Origin: Guillardia theta CCMP2712
Lineage: Eukaryota; Protista; Cryptophyta
Assembly: GCF_000315625.1 (NCBI RefSeq)
Contig: NW_005434654.1
Span: 314,273 to 378,272, forward strand
Length of the DNA: 64,000 bases
Direction of reading: 5' to 3'
The stretch's first letter is position 1, and each line of letters begins with the position of its first letter. The notes under the pieces are model-generated. The model did no database searches, was not told the DNA's origin, and saw only the letters and a program-made list of their open reading frames with translations. The translations under genes were made by a program, and so were the position numbers. Positions 60,097 to 64,000 of the stretch are shown one piece after another.

Positions 60097-62052
60097 TGGC
60101 GGCGACGCCGATGAACCCGCCATCGCAGAACCAGGTATGCAGGAGGCGCCATCATGTCAATGCTCTCTTTCCTGCTTCTCATCAGTTTGATCTCTCCTGA
60201 TCATGCTCCCCTTGTTGTCTATCTCTTCTTCTCCTCAGATGTAATTCATGAAATCACTGCTGTGTCAAGCTCTTGTCGTGTGTTTGGGTCGCACACCGTC
60301 ACTTTGGGCTTTGAGCGTCACAGAATTGCTTGTCTTTGCCGGCAATCATTTATCCCTTATGATTTCCCTGTCAAATTCTAAATCATGTTGTCCAACCTGT
60401 GTCCTGTGCTACACGAACTCGATGTTTTGCTTTACTTGCAGTCATCATATTCGGGAATCCTCCACGTTGCTTGTGTACACCAGTTCTGTTCCACTGATTT
60501 CATTTTTTTCTTCGTGTTTGAATGTTGTCCATATGATTCGATCTCGACCACTAATGTCTGACGTTTGGTCCCTCGACAGTTCTTCGGAGCGCTGGCAGTG
60601 GCAGCTCTCGTCTTGGTTTGCACTGCGGTGGTCATGACGGAGAGACCTGTCTGGATGGTTGGACAGGTGAGAGACAAAAAGCACAAAGCGTCCATAAAGC
60701 ATCTCCACATTCTCTCAAGACGGAGTCTCATTGCCTTGACACCGTCTACAGGAACCGCCTCTCGGAATTCTGCGTCCATTTACTGCGCCCGCGCCCAGCG
60801 AGCCTGTTTACACTGCGGAGCAGCTGAGGGAGATGGCAACGCAGGGTAAGATGAGACTTGTGCTCGTCTGTGTTCGTTGTATTGATGCAATGTGATGAAA
60901 CGTAGGTTTGAGCCCATCTGCTGCCCAAAAATCCATCAAGCTGCAAAGCCTTGCTGAGCACGAAAGGTGCCTTGCAAGGAGCAAGTGTGATACCACCTGC
61001 CGCTAATCCATTCTTGTCCTGTCTAGTGATGAGAAAGAGGCGATTGAGGAAGCTGAGGAGAAGGCATCTGCCGCTGCCTCGCAGAAGGAAGCCAAGTTCG
61101 CGCACGGTGACGATGAGTACGCGGAAGTAGAGAACGCGCCAGGACCTCTGTGAGAGATCTTAATCTGCATGTATGTGGACACTTATGCTGATGTCAGGTA
61201 CCCCCCTACACATGGAGGACAAGACTTGGATGTCCTTCAGTTTGGTGACTACCCCGCGGACTACGGCTCTCACACCTCCGCGCGACTCCAGAAGCAGGAC
61301 ACCATTGTACCTGTGAACATGGTGCAAATGTCGATGTGAGTTGGATTGTACCAGTGCATGCTGCCTGCTGTCTGATCTTGAGTGGATTGGTGTTACTTTA
61401 CTTCCTGCCCCTTGAGCAACGAGTTCCTGTGCTCCTGTACAAATCCTCACTTGAAAACGGGGCATCCAACCTTGGCTGACGCTACCATGTCAGGTACCCA
61501 GTCATCGGGCCAGCAGGAATGCAAGATGCAGCTGGTATGAGCGATCATGAGACAGGGACACCTGGAAAGCCCATCACCGCAAACCTCTTGTTCGGTGAGT
61601 CTCGCGACTACCATGGGTCAAGGATTAACTTCATTTTGCAGGCAAGACGTTGCGAACGAATGGCTTGGGGGATGGGGTTTACGTTGAAACCGTTGCTGGA
61701 GGCTTAGGAGCAAACTCAGAGCCGCCCATTGACCGCATGTTCGATCAATTAACGTCAGACAAGGGCGAGGAGGACGATGGAACACTCTCAACAGTGCTTC
61801 TCTGGTCGGCAGTGTTGATGGTGCTCATTGGAGGCATCGTTCTGATAGGATACAACTTGCTTCCTGCAGGATCATTTTCACGTGCTTGGAGGGGGTAAGA
61901 TTTCATGCTGCATGCTGCCTCCTATTCTGACATATCAACGCAGGGATGATGGTTTAGATCCCGACAACGTGGAGGCGGGCAAGTGGACAAGAGCGACCTA
62001 CGACCCTCCCGTTCAAGGGTTAGGGTACACTACACCCATGCGAAGCATGTAG
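60097..62052 (+). CDS. Uncharacterised lineage-specific membrane protein (N-terminal signal anchor, C-terminal TM)
   Basis: Exons MAATPMNPPSQNQ|FFGALAVAALVLVCTAVV..., ...VLLWSAVLMVLIGGIVLIGY... and ...TTPMRSM*. The internal exon structure is uncertain. Confidence 0.5.
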
Positions 62053-64000
62053 AGGTCTCAGCTATCAGCGCACGGTGAGGTCTGAAAGGCCTCTCGTGCT
62101 CTCTGAGATGCAGACTTTGCTCGCTGGCTGGTGTTGCTTGTCAGATTCTGCTGGGTTACAAGGCTGATCGCCGTCATTGTATATTTATTGCCCGGATCGA
62201 GGGGTGGTGATTACTCGAATCGTTGCTGTGGAAACGTTTTCGGAGGAAGAATTGTTTGAATTGGCCACTTACGTGACATGTCGTCGTGTTCGCAAAACTT
62301 TCTTTAAAGTACTTGGTAAACTTGAAAAGAATGCATCGTGAGATCAACAAATACGCGTGTGTTAAATTTTTAATCAATGATTACGAAACCTTGAAGCTCT
62401 TCAACGAATCCTGATTGTACGTTCAAAAAGCAACACAGCTCCACAGAAGGCGGCTAACCTTGGTGAGTACAAGCCTCTTATCGTCGGACATAACCACCCC
62501 CCTCTCTCTCAGGAAGCGAAAGCATTGTTTACGCTGTCACATCAGGTATGAGCTGCCGACATACTCTCTCACTAGAGTTAAATTGGCAAGTACCTTCTCG
62601 AAGCACAACATGTGCTTCAGGTCGTCAAGATGTATGTCGGGCTGCTAAGGGTGAGATTTCACACATTAACTCATCCGTGCGACACCTGGCATGCCTTGAT
62701 ATAAGTCTGCAAGGCCGTTTCCCGGACTCGGTCCTGAGGTCAAGCATCGTCATGTCGAGCAAGTTAAAGCACAAAGGAAAGTGAAAAACTCACAACGAAA
62801 AAATCGATCACATGCCCAGCCATCTTGGGAGCATTTGCATACAGACGGAAAAAAGTAGAAAAATCTCTGTCGAGCATTCAGCAGGGAAGTAGAAATGTAG
62901 GATCCAGGGCAACCTAGCCATTAGCGACTTCCCTACTGAGATGGCAAAATGGATGTCTGAGTCCGACCTGATCGAGCAAGTAAGCATACAGAATGCCTTA
63001 AAGAACAAGACCTACCTTTGTTCAGGAGAAATTCTACATAATTCACAAGAGATGTTTTCAAGGAGGTCTTTTTCTAATCTCATTCCATGTAGCATCCTGT
63101 CCCATCGCCATAAGTGCTCGCTCCCGCAGATCACATTATTGTTGATCTCACCGATATGCAATGAACTCGTTCGTGAAAGGACTCCAAGTCTCGCCTGAAC
63201 ATACAAACGGTTGATGAGATGTCGCTCTGCTAGCACCATCGAATTCACCATGCAAGATAGCACTATGGTACAATGATGATAGTGATGACAGGCATCTTGT
63301 GAACTCCGCTGCACTACGGTCAGCGCCTGATGAAGTTTTTGGGTTCAGGAGTCATTTCACCGAGATCGGCTCTTTCAAGAGCAATACGAATGTGTGTTTC
63401 TGAAGAGAACAGGAAGTGAAATGCAGCGCACTATCCGTAGGTGGACAAAACATACCATAAGCATCACAAGCTATCGTCCCCTCAATTCCTTGTAGTTTGC
63501 AATCCTAGAGCACAGAAATAAGATCTTGGCCAACACTCTGGTGCATTGTACTTGTTGGATTGCCATGAGCTGTTCTGTCGCATGTGGAAAATCCTGCGAG
63601 ACAGCTTGTTATTTTCATTCTCCACCTGAAAAATTCCGAGTGACCCGCACCTGGTTTTCAATCCACTTTTTCTTCACCAATCTATGGAGGTCGTCAAACC
63701 ACCACACGACCCGAATCGAATCAGACGCACTTCAGCGCTTCCACCAAGATGTGCTGGGGACGAATCGTGCTGGGGTCGGGGACGAAGTGGAGTCGCAGGT
63801 ACGGCCTTGGTGCAATAAGTACAAGATGGGATGACGAAACTAGGCTCACCGCTCGAGCTCTTTGGAGGTTCCTTTGATTGAGCCTGGAACAACAACATCA
63901 CCTGGTCGAGACTTCTTGAATGTTCATTACCGGCCTTTGCTCCTCCTGTGCCGAGCTGTAGCTTCGGTGCGTTGTACGCACCCCCTGGTCTCAGGGTCAG

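Noticed and set aside
62170-64000. Short ORFs at the window end
   Set aside because: No recognisable motifs. The last ~350 bp may be the 3' end of a minus-strand gene but cannot be supported.

Overview
Gene-dense, intron-rich eukaryotic nuclear DNA. The short ~45-60 nt introns with CTGAC-type branch points, head-to-head gene pairs and signal-peptide+AF targeting suggest a cryptophyte alga such as Guillardia; this is an inference. Conserved genes recognised: Asp/Asn beta-hydroxylase-like, DGAT2, two tandem SMC6 copies, a coiled-coil ciliary-type protein, TRMO/TsaA, Piezo, a MATE transporter, a TraB-domain protein and CFAP418/C8orf37. The notable part is an accessory block at 20.6-41.6 kb, bracketed by two direct-repeat bHLH-PAS genes that carry a possible lipocalin-like C-terminal barrel. 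Inside are five genes sharing an N-terminal HPD-GG J-domain-like module, in divergent pairs. One is a J-DUF4116-coiled coil-kinase-RING1-Rcat (RBR-like) fusion and one is a truncated copy of it. The other three are partner genes with variable middle regions: one has HPD changed to HPQ, one has a 12x25-aa repeat. A head-to-head Ubl-like/coiled-coil gene completes the block. My hypothesis is a rapidly evolving paired sensor/effector (Hsp70-kinase-ubiquitin) system. All gene models were spliced by eye and no searches were run. Assembly gaps lie at 33616-33715 and 52559-53263.
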